A DNA stretch of 64,000 nt from Centroscyllium fabricii (lineage: Eukaryota): contig JBNRSN020000001.1 of assembly GCA_051313645.2 (NCBI GenBank), positions 472,750,001-472,814,000 on the forward strand. Reading direction: 5' to 3'. Below the pieces are notes generated by a model that saw only the letters and a list, made by a program, of their open reading frames with translations, made no database searches and was not told the origin of the DNA. Position 1 is the first letter of the stretch. Each line of letters opens with the position of its first letter. Positions 52,107-64,000 of this stretch are shown here, piece after piece. The position numbers and the translations under genes were made by a program.

Positions 52107-53164
52107 CCTGTTGAAGGCTTGTAAAATGCTGAGCAGTGCAGGAGGCGAGCCGTGTTCATTAAAAGAAAGGCGAATACTGACGTCATACTCTGCGACTTTC
52201 TGACTGGAAATCGGTGATTGAGAAGGCTTCCCACAGGCGGGATTTAATTGGGTACTTAGACTAAAATAACGTGGGAAACGCAGGCACTTTATCAGGCGGG
52301 GCCAAAGCCCACCCTGGCCAATCCCCGTCAATTCCCCGCCATTATGGAAAAATTCTGGCCATTGTTTCCCAGTTTTAGTACCCTCTGATAGCATCAAGCA
52401 TTCCAACATCAGGTATAGGATAGTCATATACCAGGTGACATTTTTGCCACTGTGTGACAATGTGCCTTAAACCCAATTGCAGAAGAGTACCCCTATTGCA
52501 CTGCTATGACTTTTTATTTCCCCAACAATCTTGTGACTAAGATTTCTATTTCAGTGGTAAATAGCGCTCATCAATGTATGTCATGGTTGCATACCCAGTA
52601 AACCGAACCTCGAGTACCCAATCTTATTTAATAAAGGGCTCTTATGGTATTTTGAGGGGACAAACATATGTTCCACTTATCGAGGCTGGGTTTTAATTTA
52701 GGTAGCAGAGATAAGGCAGTGTACTGAGGCACTGAGCCATCGCTCTCCATGAAGTTGATTAGTGTCTGGTGCCTGAAACAGCATTTATTACATCAATGGG
52801 AATTTTTCGGCATGTTCTCTTTTAAAAATAACAATTCTGAAAACTTTGCTGTCACACAAACCGGTTGGTTCCTGCAGCAGATGCTATATTCACTGTGAAA
52901 GAATGTTTTCCAATGGAGCTTTTGTAACTGACAGGATTGGTAGTAAGACGTCATTAATACATCACCAATCACATTCTCTCAATTTCCTCTATTAAAGAAA
53001 ACTGAAGCATTAATTTATTGCTCTGACTAAGGTGAGGCTCAGGATGTTCTTTTCTTTTTTTATAACGTAATCATTTGCAAAGTTCACTTTTAAACTAGCT
53101 CCATGAAATAGTCTTAAGATCACTAACAAATTTCCTTTACTTTTTATTTAAAAAATGACACCAG

Positions 53165-53964
53165 TGTGGAGCTGCGAGTACTTAAAGAATGCACAGAGAC
53201 AGAGCTAAAGGAAAACACAACTTTACTCTAGGAATTCAAAACAAGGAAGAGGCAGAACCACGAGGTATCAACATATTTAAACTGTCCCGCCGTTGGTGAC
53301 GTCATCACGTCCACCGACGTGGTGACGCAACCGCATCACGTGGTTGAGCGAGCTGCGCTCCGCGGAGCCCCGTTGGCGGATTCGTAATCCCAGCGGGTGT
53401 GCCGCTACACAGCTCCCCCCAGAATCCGTCCGGGAGAAATAAATTGCCGTGTCTATGTGTGCCGTTGGGGCGGTCGGATGATGCGGCCGGACCGTGTTGT
53501 TCGTTGTTGCCGGTTCTGCGTTGGAGTGTGGGCGGGTTTAGGTGCGGGAGGGCGACCGCGTTGTGGTGGTTGCGCGGGGACCGTGGTCTCGCCCGCTGTC
53601 ACGTGTGCCGGCTTGAGCCGGTCTATAGTTACTGTCTCAGTTCTTTTGCCCATTTGTAACTCGAAGAACTTGTCTCCCGCCCGAAGCACTCTATAAGGGC
53701 CATCGTACTGTGGCTGTAAAGGGGAGCTGCGAGTACTTAAAGAATGCACAGAGACAGAGCTAAAGGAAAACACAACTTTACTCTAGGAATTCAAAACAAG
53801 GAAGAGGCAGAACCACGAGGTATCAACATATTTAAACTGTCCCGCCGTTGGTGATGTCATCACGTCCACCGACGTGGTGACGCAACCGCATCACGTGGTT
53901 GAGCGAGCTGCGCTCCGCGGAGCCCCGTTGGCGGATTCGTAATCCCAGCGGGTGTGCCGCTACA
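53165..53964 (-). mobile_element. Gypsy LTR element with large internal deletion (two LTRs + integrase C-terminus)
   Basis: LTRs 53165-53409 and 53723-53964 with TG..CA ends and one mismatch found. TSD CCAG. PPT ggggggagctg at 53420-53410. GPY/F module PLQPQYDGPYRVL..TVTIDRLKPAH. Confidence 0.93.
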
Positions 53965-54742
53965 CCAGGTTCGTAAAGTGATTTTATTCTATTCTGAGAC
54001 TTTTGCTGCTGCTGCTGTGGGTGTCACAGTATCACATATTAGCAGCACTAAAAAAAATAATGAGGTAATCAAAGTGTGATAATAATTGATTAATGGGAAG
54101 CTACAGGGCTCGAATATAAAATAATGGCCGAGATTTTACTGTCAAAATATTGGCGAGACTAATGGCACTTGCCGTTAATTTTGCGTAAATGGTACAGTAA
54201 ATTCAGGCAAGGGGCAGATGCACGGTTAAACTCAAACATCCAAAAGTTGCTGTCTGAGCTGTCAGCTTTGCGAAAACCGCATCTTGCTGTCTGCCTCACC
54301 ATTGAAATGCATTGAATGTCGAGAGGTTATTGTACTTGCATGGCAGATACGAACTAAACTTGCCATTGAAAGTTAAATCTTGTCGATTCCACTTTAAGTA
54401 CCCTTTAAAGTCTAACAAATGACAAATGCCGTTAGATTCACTCCTACACCAAAATATTTTAAATTGCATCCCCTGTTTCACTGGAAATGTATCCAGATCA
54501 AACAGCCAATGGTTTTAATGGCCCAACATTTGCAATCTGAGGCTTCCTATGAGCGGATGCCTCCGACCTGTAAAATATCTATGCATTTACCTGGTGGCCC
54601 GGGAGATTCGGAAGCTTGTGATCCTAGGCCTCTCCAGGGAAGCACGGGCAGAGGCCCACGTATCCCAGGGGAGCATGCAGTTCGCAAGCGCCCTTGGATC
54701 ACATGGACCGGCCCAACCAATAAAAGAAACAAATCCCCTTTC

Positions 54743-57591
54743 CCCTGCAGCGGGTACTCAAAACTGCCCAACGAATCACCGGTACCCAGCTACCGTCAAT
54801 GGAAAGCATCTACCTCGAACGCTGCTTACGGAGGTCTCTGAACATTATTAAAGACCCCACACACCCCAGCCACAGTCTGTTCGCCCCGCTGCCCTCCGGG
54901 AGACGCTACAGATCAATTCGCACCCGCACGACTAGATTTAAGAACAGCTTCTTCCCCAGGGCTGTCAGCCTCCTGAACTCTAAAAATAAACTCCGGTACC
55001 TGCACACCTGATAATCATAGAATCATAGAATCATAGAAATTTTACAGTGCGGATAAGGGCCATTCGGCCCATCCAGTCCGCACCGGCCCAGGAAAACTCC
55101 TCCCTGTACTAACCCCAGTTGCCCGCACCTGGCCCATAACCCTGTATGTTATGGTCCTTCATGTGCTGGTCCAAGTATTTTTTAAATGTTGTGATGGTTC
55201 CTGCCTCCACCACCCTCACAGGCAGGGAGTTCCAGTCTTCCACCACCCTCTGGGTAAAGAAATTTCTCCTTACCTCCCCCCTAAACCTCCCCCCCCTGAT
55301 CTTGAATCTATGTCCCCTAGTGCTTGACTCTCCCACCAGGGGAAACAATGCCCCTTTGTCTACCCTATCGTGTCCCCTCATGATCTTGTACACCTCAATC
55401 ATGTCACCCCTCCACCTTCTTTTCTCCAAGGCAAACAACCCCAGCCTGTCCAGCCTTTCCTCGTAGCATAGGTCCGCCAGACCAGGTATCATCCTGGTAA
55501 ACCTTCTCTGCACCCTCTCCAGGGCAGCCACATCCTTCCTGTAGTGCGGTGACCAGAACTGCACACAGTACTCCAGCTGAGGTCTCACCAGTGTGTTATA
55601 CAGGTTTAACATTACCTCCCTACTTTTGTATACTATGCCCTGGTTAATAAAGGCGAGGATTCCGTATGCCTTCTTAACCACCTTGTTAACGTGTCCAGCA
55701 ACCTTCAGGGAGCTGTGCACCTGTACCCCCAGGTCCCTCTGCTCCTCGGTCCTATTTAACGTTTTGTTGTTCATGGTATATTCCCTTACCCCATTTGGTC
55801 TACCGAATTGAATGACCTCGCATTTCTCTGGGTTGAACTCCATTTGCCATTTTTCTGCCCAATTAACCATTATATCTATATCCTCCTGAAGCCCCTTACT
55901 ATCCTCATCGTTGTTTACCACCCTTCCGATTTTCGTATCATCAGCGAATTTGCTGATTGTACCCCCTACTCCCATATCCAAATCGTTGATGTATACTAGA
56001 AACAGTAAGGGTCCCAAAACCGATCCTTGGGGGACGCCACTGGTTACTGGTTTCCAGTCACAGAAGCAGCCCTCTACCATTACCCTTTGTCTCCTATCCC
56101 CCAGCCAGTTTTCGATCCACTGTGCCAAGTTACCCTGTATCCCGTGCGCTCTAACCTTTGTTATTAGTCTCCTATGTGGGACTTTATCAAAAGCTTTGCT
56201 AAAGTCCATATATACTACGTCCACAGTACTCCCTTCATCCACCCTCTTTGTTACTTCCTCGAAGAATTCCAACAGATTGGTCAGGCACGACTTACCTTTG
56301 ACGAAGCCATGCTGACTGTCTCTTATTAGACCTTGGTTGTCCAAATGCGAACTGATTTTATCCCTCAGAATTTTTTCCATTACTTTCCCCACTACAGATG
56401 TAAGACTGATTGGCCTGTAGTTGCCCGGTTTGTCCCTACTACCCTTTTTAAACAAGGGTACTACATTAGCCGTTCTCCAGTCCTCAGGCACATCCCCTGA
56501 CGCGAGAGAGGTCCTGAAGATTTGAGACAGGGGGCCCGCAAGCTCCTCCCTGGCCTCGAACAGCAGCCTGGGGAACATTGCGTCCGGCCCTGGTGATTTG
56601 TCCACCTTTAAGCCTCCCAAGATTTCTAGAACTTCTTCCCTTGTAATGGTAATATCCTCAATTACCCCCCCTACACTCTGTCCGATTTCGATGTCGGTAT
56701 CGTCCCTCTCTCTTGTGAATACTGAAGAGAAGAATTCATTTAGTACCTCCCCCACCTCCTCGGGCTCGACGCACAGCTTTCCGCTATCGTCTTTTATGGG
56801 CCCCACCCTTTCCCTCGTGATCCTTTTGTTTTTTATATAACTATAAAATGCCTTAGGGTTATCCTTGATTTTACTGGCCATTGTAATCTCATGACCTCTC
56901 TTGGCTTTTCTTATCTCCTTCTTTAAATCCCCCCTATATTTCTTATACTCCCCTAGTGCCGCCTCAGTTTTTAGCCGTTTATATTCGTTAAAAGCCCCCC
57001 TTTTTTTCTTCATTAGTTTACATATATCCCTAGACATCCAAGGTTCCCTTTGTTTGTCTCCCCCACCCTTAATTTTTGCAGGAACATGTTCCTCCTGTAT
57101 CTTCCCGACTTCCCCTCTGAAGGCCTCCCACTGCTCTGATGCAGATCTTCCTCTGAGGAGATGGCCCCAATCTACTGCGGTTACATCGTTCCTAATTTTA
57201 TTGAAATCCGCCTTCCCCCAGTTAAGTATTTTTACCCCTGGTCCATTTTTATCTTTCTCCATTACAATCTTGAAACTAACTGAATTGTGGTCGCTATCCC
57301 CGAAGTGCTCCCCCACTGTTACCTCCTCTATCTGCCCGTCCTCGTTCCCAAGTATTAGGTCTAGTACCGCCCCCCCCCTTGTAGGTGACCCCACATATTG
57401 TTTCAAAAAATTATCTTGGCTGCATTGTAAGAATGCTGAACCATCCGTGCCCCTCACACTTTGATTCTCCCAGTTGATACTGTATGCAATTTGCATGTAA
57501 TTTATTTGCACTACTCTCGGGAGCGTCGAGTCTTCGTCTCTTTGTATTGTACTCGTACTCTGCAATGACAATAAAACTTAAATTGAATTGA
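54743..57591 (+). mobile_element. Rex1/Babar-type LINE 3' fragment, interrupted by CR1
   Basis: LQRVLKTAQRITGTQLPSMESIYLERC..IIKDPTHPSHSLFAPLPSGRRYRSIRTRTTRFKNSFFPRAV to 55011. The 3'UTR resumes at ~57475 and ends tgacaataaaacttaaattgaattgaa. Confidence 0.85.
55014..57474 (-). mobile_element. Young 5'-truncated CR1 LINE with open ORF2 (EN C-terminus + RT)
   Basis: Stop-free frame from INWEN.. to 55109: GDSDH, NYRPISLTS, QHGF, DFSKAFDKV, GVPQGSVLGP, FADD. (ATTCTATG)n tail. TGATA at 55009-55013 and 57475-57479. Confidence 0.95.
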
Positions 57592-57764
57592 ATATTTATG
57601 GGAACTCCATATACACAGAACTCCCATGTGTATGAATGGGGATCATTTACAAAATACACAGACACATGAAATACATTTCTAAAAAATTACACATTTAAAA
57701 TGAATTAAAATGCCATTTAATTAAATATTTTAAATAAAAATGTAAATTTTTAGAAAAAAATTAT

Positions 57765-58548
57765 GGGGAAGAAATTCGGTATTACCCTGTTTGGGGGGGC
57801 GCAATTATCAGCCGGGCGCAAAGATTACCGCCTGGTGCTAATCATCGCCTCCGACTGCAAATTTGGCTTCTATTGCCCCTGGAGGTGAAGCATTAAATCA
57901 GGCACTTCACACCTGTCTTAAGGCATTAATGTTGAGGAGCGAGGTGCTACCTCAGAGTGCTGGCGAAGCTCATGTGATGTCAGTCAGCAATGGAACACAG
58001 ACACAATGGCGCCAGCCAGTTCTTAAAGGGGAGGGTCGATCTTGCTCTCCATCCAAACCCTACTTATTGCAGCCTTGAATCTCAGCCTGGGGAGACCTGT
58101 TTATCTGCTGGAAAGAACAATGGAGAGGTCCAGGGAAAGAGCTCAGAGTACAGTCCCCATAGTCTCTTCTAAATCGATGCAAGGAAGGTCAAATCAAAAT
58201 GAACATGCAAAGTGCTGCTCAGTAGTCGCCTTTAAATAGTTCTCCCCCAGTCCATTGCCGACTGCAAAATGCTCCCCTCATCCTGTCGTTGCTAGCGGCA
58301 GGCGATAAGCGAGGGCGCGCCATTCAATATCTGGTCTGGAGCACTACTGGAGCGTTGCACGCTTGACTGACGTCATGATCTGCTGGTGCAGCAGATCGTG
58401 GCAGTAGTGTTTAGCAGCACCGCAAAATATCTGGTCAATTTCGCGAGCTGCGCAAATATTGCCACGCTCGGGCACTAGTTGCTTTGCGCCCCATTAGCGA
58501 CCTCTTAGGGCATTAACGGGAGGCGCAAAGCAACCAAATGTTTTCCCC
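57765..58548. mobile_element. Harbinger-type MITE
   Basis: Termini ggggaagaaattcggt / accaaatgttttcccc; TSD TAT on both sides. Confidence 0.75.
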
Positions 58549-59392
58549 TATATGTCTTAACAGGCCTAAAAATAAACTTACCTTATTGGACATGATTTTA
58601 ATTTATAAATGAGCGATAAAAAGTTATTTTTCTATTTTTTAAATCCCTTATGCTGGTAAAAGCAGGCCCTATGCCTGCTTTTACCAGATGTAAGATTTTC
58701 ATGGGCATTCAGCGAGTGGAAGTTGGGCAAATAGCACCACTCTCCACCTACAGAGGCCCCTCTCCCGGGGATGCGGAGGAACTGTCACGTAGATCGCAAG
58801 TTCCAGGTTTTAGTGCATGTTCTTTGCATGCCTGCGTAAACCCGGAACGCGTGCGGCCCCTACGGGCACGTGCACACCTTGTTCCCACCCGTAGGTGTCG
58901 CAAAATACGGCCCACTGTGACATAACAAGAAGTGGATACAGCTACAGGACTAGTCCGCAAGGTCATGAGTGAGATAATCCAGACCGACCATTCATTAGCC
59001 CACAGGGGATGCAAAAGTAATTTTAGTTGTTAATGTGGAAAACAGTTGTTTAAATAAAAAAAGTAAGAAATAGAAGAACTACATTGATGCAAGATATTGC
59101 AGAGGAATACATGAGTAACAAGATGATTAGGATCAATCCATTTTCACCACTTATTTTAGTATATATGTTTTTGCAGTGGCATCTTTTATCCTAGTTAATT
59201 ATTTTTGCTCATTTTTAGTGACATTTGAATAGCAATAATAGCAGTGGTATGCAAACTGGTCACATGGTGCGCCTTGTAACAGTCAAAGATATCACACCAT
59301 TCAGGCTGTTATTGGGGCCACAGCTTTGTATAAAGTAGATTCATCATCCTAATCTTCCAGGTCTGTGAAAGCTGTAACATCTATTTAAAATA

Positions 59393-59864
59393 GAAAAAGA
59401 AAGACTGACATTTATATAGCATCTTTCATGACCACAAATGTCCCAAAGTGTTTTACAGCCAATGAAGTACATTTGAAGTGCAGTCACTGTTGTAATGTAG
59501 GAAACACAGCAGCCAATTTGTGCACAGCAAGCTCCCACAAACAGCAATGTGATAATGATCAGATAATCTGTTTTTAGTGATGTTTGATTGAGGGATGAAT
59601 ATTGGCCAGGAAACTAGGAATAACTCCGCTGCTCATCTTCGAACTAGTGCCATGGAATCTTTTATGTCCAACCGAGAGAGCAGACAGGGCCTCGGTTTAA
59701 CATCCCATCCGAAAGACGGCACCTCCGACAGTGCAGCACCCCCTCAGTACTGCACTGGAGTGTCAGCTTAGATCTATTGTGCTCAAGTCTCTGGTGTAGG
59801 ATATGAACCCACAACCTTCTGAGTCAGAGGCAAGGGTGCTACCAATTGAGCCATGGCTGACACT
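59393..59864 (-). mobile_element. Full-length DeuSINE (SacSINE1-like)
   Basis: Minus head agtgtcagccatggctcaattggtagcac...ggttcatatcc. Deu domain gcagtactgagggggtgctgcactgtcggaggtgccgtctttcggatg. L2-like tail tatataaatgtcagtctttcttt. Confidence 0.88.
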
Positions 59865-59979
59865 AGCCAGAAAAGGGTCCAATAACTGACCTTAACTGAG
59901 AAAAAGTGATAGGTTAATTAGCTGATTAAAAAGAAAACAGCAGCCAGAATGTGTGAAAAAATAATATTTTGGATTCTAA

Positions 59980-61522
59980 GGCTTCGAATTTGCTGGTGCT
60001 CAGAGGGCAGGTTTGGAGGCGGGTCCGCTGTCAAAATAGCAAAGATTAACAGCGGGTAGGAAACCCGCCTCCACGCGAGTCTCCCAGGTGTTGGGTCTGT
60101 CAGCGCAAAACTGACCCGACACCAAACGGCAGGGGAGAAAATTCAACTAATTAAATGGCTTATTAAGAGCCAATTTATTATTATTTTGAGGCTTCCTTCC
60201 AAGTTTACGTTCTCCCCCATTGGTTACCCGCTGCTTAGGGAACACGCCAGCTCATCCTGGCATGAGTTGAGTCTGCTCTGATGTTTCTGATAAGCTGAGA
60301 GCTGCAGGAGTCATTGGGAGAACCTCTTAGGAGAGCCCCAGCACCAACATCACCAGGCACACCAACATTGCCAACAACATCACCAACCTTCTCCGCCATC
60401 ACCTGATGCTGCACAGGACACAGGGAATCAGCCCCTGACAACATTGCTGCCTGGGAAGCCAGCAATAGCATCACCATGGCCAGATTTACTTCACTTGATA
60501 CTGGCACATGATGTGCCAGGTTGACACCATCCCACACCAGCACCGTGAAACATCCCTTTAATGTCCAAGCCATTCCATGCACACTCATCACTATAGCCGG
60601 GGGAGGGGATGGTGGGGGGGCGGGGACGGTGTGTTGGGGGGGAGTTATGCCTGAACATTCACTGGAACTTAGTAAGACACTTCTCAAGGTGCGCTCAGAT
60701 CTGTCCAATAAGGGGCAGTTTTGGAAAAATAGATTTCACTGTATGACAACACATTACCAGAAACTTCACATGGACATTGGTTAAACCTTTCAAGTGCCTA
60801 CTCTTGTGTGTTCTTAGTTGGTATGCTTGCAGTAGGATGAGGGGGAGTGTGAGGGGTGGCTAGTGAGATGGGGAAGTGATAATGTAGATAGAGTGGGTTG
60901 GGTGGAGGTGCAAGGTAAGTTGGTGTGAGTAAAGATGTGCAGGAGAAGGGTAGGGAAGGCAGCGTGATGGGGATGTGATGAGTGGTACAGCAGGGTGAGT
61001 TTGAGTGTGGCTTTCCAGTAACGTTTTGTGATCATTGAAAGTTTGGCACCACTGCAGCCAGGGACCCCTGCTAACATCCCTGCTTTTGCTCTCCTGTGCA
61101 ATGTGCAACCAGGCTGTGTTGGTGTCCTGCGGAGGTCTCTTCCACCCTTGGAAGGGAAGAGAGCCTCCCTGCATGCTGTGACTCCCTCCATAAGCATATG
61201 GAGGGAGTCATTGGAGAGCCTGGGTTCAAGCATTCACCTTTGTACAGTGCTTGTCATTGTTTGCAGCACCTCAATGCTGTCAAACACTGACAGAACAAGT
61301 GTCAAACTCCATGTGGACATGGTTCTTTTAAGGAAACCGACTGATGACACATTATCAAATTATGTCATCAGATCCACTTACTGTTAATTGGCTGGGAAGC
61401 CTGCAGGGCGGGTTTAACAAGGGAAAATCCCATTTACAGAGCGGCTGCAGCCAGGATCATGACTGGAACCCGGAAACCAGCTCACCCACCACCACTCGGT
61501 CTCCGGTAGGAAATTTGCAGCC
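59980..61522. mobile_element. Internally deleted Harbinger (transposase C-tail remnant +, Myb exon remnant -)
   Basis: Termini ggcttcgaattt / aaatttgcagcc with TSD TAA. NIAAWEASNSITMARF* near 60440-60498. PRLSNDSLHMLMEGV..ALFP..TAWLHIA..WLQWCQTFND at 61233-61030. Confidence 0.75.
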
Positions 61523-61591
61523 TAAGGATTTACATGCTGATACTTAGACACATATTGAAGGAGGAATAGATGCTCATTTCAATAGGTACTA

Positions 61592-61968
61592 CAGGTTGAG
61601 CATTGGTAATCCGGCACCCTGGGGACCAGGCCGGTGCCGGACCACTGAAAATTCCGAACCACTGAAGGTTCGGGGGGAGCGCGTGGTAAAACACTCCCCG
61701 GAGCCCGGAGCGCGTGGTAGAACACTCCCCGGGGCCCGGAGCGCGCGGTAGAACACTCCCCGGGAGGGAATCCAGGAATAGAACACTTACAAAACCTAAA
61801 AATACAGAAACCCAAATGCCTGATGCCTTTGGTGTTTGCTCACCCTTCCCGGGAAACAGTGGCGCCACCGAGCGGCTGCTCCGCAAAATGAAGAGCGCCT
61901 GTTTCCAATCGTGCCGAACCACTGAAGCTACCGGACCATCAGGTGCCGGACTAGCGGTGCTCAACCTG
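61592..61968. mobile_element. Tigger/pogo-like MITE
   Basis: TIRs CAGGTTGAGCA / TGCTCAACCTG with TA TSD. Internal ~31-bp unit x3 at 61677-61763. Confidence 0.85.
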
Positions 61969-62474
61969 TATTAAAAATTCAGATTAAAAATTCAGATTAA
62001 AGCATGAATTAGGCATTGATCAAAGTTAAATGATTTTGGATTGAATTTCAATCTAAAAGCCCTGTGGAATTGGATTCCACTCAATAAAACCACTTTCAAT
62101 TTGGCTTTGGTCCATGCAAACAGGCAATGTGAAATAAAGCAGGCTGAAAGAGCTGATAGTAGTTATTTTGCACTTTAACTGTTGCCAATAACATCAAGCC
62201 AAACTGACTCAAGTTCTCTCTGACTCAATGCTGTATCAAGTGTTTACGTGGAGGCAAAGTGATTTCAATTGAAAAAAAATATAGCCCTGGGATCAGAGCT
62301 CTCTCTTTCTCTTATTAGGCTGAGGCTATGTGCCATAAACTTAGTTCAGTATTTTGAATTTGCTGCCTGTTGTATTTACAAAACACAAATGAAACAATAA
62401 ATCAGCGATAGATAGCCCTTGCTGGATTGCAATTTTCCTTTTATACTCAAGGATTAAAAAAATTAGATACAGGA

Positions 62475-62627
62475 AATGAAAGACTTGCATTTATATAGTG
62501 ACTTTCACGACCTCAGCATGTCCCAAAGCACTTTACAACCAATTAAGTACTTTTGAAGTGTAGACATTGTTTTAATGTAGGATGTGCGGCAGCCATTTCA
62601 CATACAGCAAGATCATACAAACAGCAT
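62475..62627 (-). mobile_element. DeuSINE 3' fragment
   Basis: Matches 59398-59545. Confidence 0.75.
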
Positions 62628-62927
62628 ACCTTTAGATCAAACTAATCTTAATTTGCTTTCCCTGTTTTGTCTAACTAAGACTCTAACAGGGAATCACAGT
62701 AACATATACAAATGATTTATATAATTAGAAGAAGTGTGCAGATGATACAATTGTTTTGAGGTCCACATGGAAGATACTGGATAGTTATTGATACACCTCA
62801 TGGCAGTATTCCAATCAAGCAGTTCAAATGAACTGTATGACCAAAGTTCTAGTAATCCATCAAATTAATTCAGGTTATTAAGTAATTCACTAACAACATC
62901 TAATATTATCAGTGTTATTTGAAGACA

Positions 62928-64000
62928 GTTGGAAAAAGATTCAATAGCCCCCGAAGATGGGTGCAGGGATTGTGATGTACGATTAACCCATACCCATTGC
63001 TTTCAATGCAGGCAGCATGGCAACGACGTGCCGCCTACTAATTTGCATGATTGCTGCGTGCAGCCAGCGCTAAACGCACTGCATGCCTCAGCAGTGGGCC
63101 CAAGTTTGTGCGAGGCTAGAACCACTTAAAGATAGCCCGCACTACTTAAAGCTAGCCTGCACCTCTTCAAGGGGAGATGCATTCCGGCTAGAGCAGGTGC
63201 TGGAGGTGTTTGTGGAAGCAAGTCTCGGCAGGAAGAAGAGTGATTTATGGTGCAACAGATTAGAGAGAGCGTGCTCCAAGGTTCACTCTTGCTGCACTGG
63301 AGGCCTTGGTGGAGGAGGTGGAGAGGAGGAGAGCAGTCCTCCATCCATAGCGGGGCAGTAGGTCCTCCAGACAAACTCTGCAAAGGCACTGGGAGCAGAT
63401 AGAAATGGTGGTCAATGCCAGATTGCACCACACTCACTGACACACTTCCCTCTCTCTTGCAGGGCAAGTTTGTGCATAACCGAAGACAGTAGGAGCTAAC
63501 CAGCGGGGATAGGCGTGGCTGTAATTCCTTACCCTGATGGAGGAGGGGTGGTCACCATCATTGGAGCGGCCATTGCTGAGGCCGTAGCCAGCAGCAGAGC
63601 TGAAACCATCAAAGATAACGGTATCCTCATACCTAATCCTTCTTCTCACATCCCACTTTCCCCTCATCCAACAATCTTTTCTAATTCATGAGCTGCAGAT
63701 GGTGTAAGCCTGCACCTCTTGCTTCCCCCCCTACCCTTACCACAAAACTACCCTTGTGCCTTTCTCATTTCAGAGACCCAAGAACTGCAACCAGGCCAGG
63801 TAGTGGTGGAAGAGCAAGAGGTGGAAGAGCTGGAAGACAATGATGAAGAAGAAACACTGCCACTCGATTTCACAGTCACAGCCACCAGCTCAGATACTGA
63901 CACAGCATGTAATTTAGAGGATGGCTTTGAGGCGGGATCTGCATATGGTGAGACAGCGGGCACGAGTGGCCTGCAGCTGCAGCAGGAGACAAGGGTAGCG
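62928..64000 (+). mobile_element. Degraded Harbinger Myb/SANT gene region (runs off the window)
   Basis: PRFTLAALEALVEEVERRRAVLHP*..LQRHWEQI at ~63275-63430. Acceptors ttgcag (~63462) and tttcag (~63773). Acidic third exon. Confidence 0.7.

Larger units (their letters stand above)
46913..52360. mobile_element. Near-complete PIF/Harbinger transposon with convergent transposase and Myb/SANT genes
   Basis: Termini ggggggaatttt / aaaattctggcc with subterminal ggcgggg repeats. Both diagnostic genes lie inside. TSD imperfect (cat / att). Confidence 0.88.
54520..58913. mobile_element. Harbinger-type MITE split by nested insertions
   Basis: Termini ggcccaacatttgc / gcaaaatacggccc; flanks aat / act. 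Internal layout resembles 32404-33154. Confidence 0.6.

Noticed and set aside
57475-57571. N-terminus of the 820-aa CR1 ORF
   Set aside because: It is antisense Rex1 3'UTR that happens to be in frame. CR1 homology begins at INWEN (~57478).

Overview
Vertebrate genomic DNA, most likely a cartilaginous fish (shark-type HE1/V-SINE, DeuSINE, CR1, Penelope and Harbinger repeats). There is one host gene, osr1 (odd-skipped related 1, + strand, CDS 24005-25747), in a CpG-rich, repeat-poor domain (~12.5-28.5 kb) flanked by TE-dense DNA. The main observation is that, besides the canonical 3-finger Osr1 ending (...[11 protein letters not shown]), the locus keeps an intact, in-frame downstream exon (25538-25747) encoding zinc fingers 4-5 of the Osr2A/Bowl/Sob type. 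It can be reached from a donor located exactly where the Osr1 tail begins, which predicts a 5-finger Osr1 isoform. Other points of note: minimal hammerhead-ribozyme motifs in Penelope-type repeats, two DNA transposons carrying captured cargo (one with composite-transposon architecture around promoter-like CpG DNA), a LINE with a tRNA-like head and no ORF1, a near-complete two-gene Harbinger, a very young internally deleted Gypsy element, and a three-level TE nest. Family names come from motif recognition only, with no database search, and the edges of degraded repeats are approximate.
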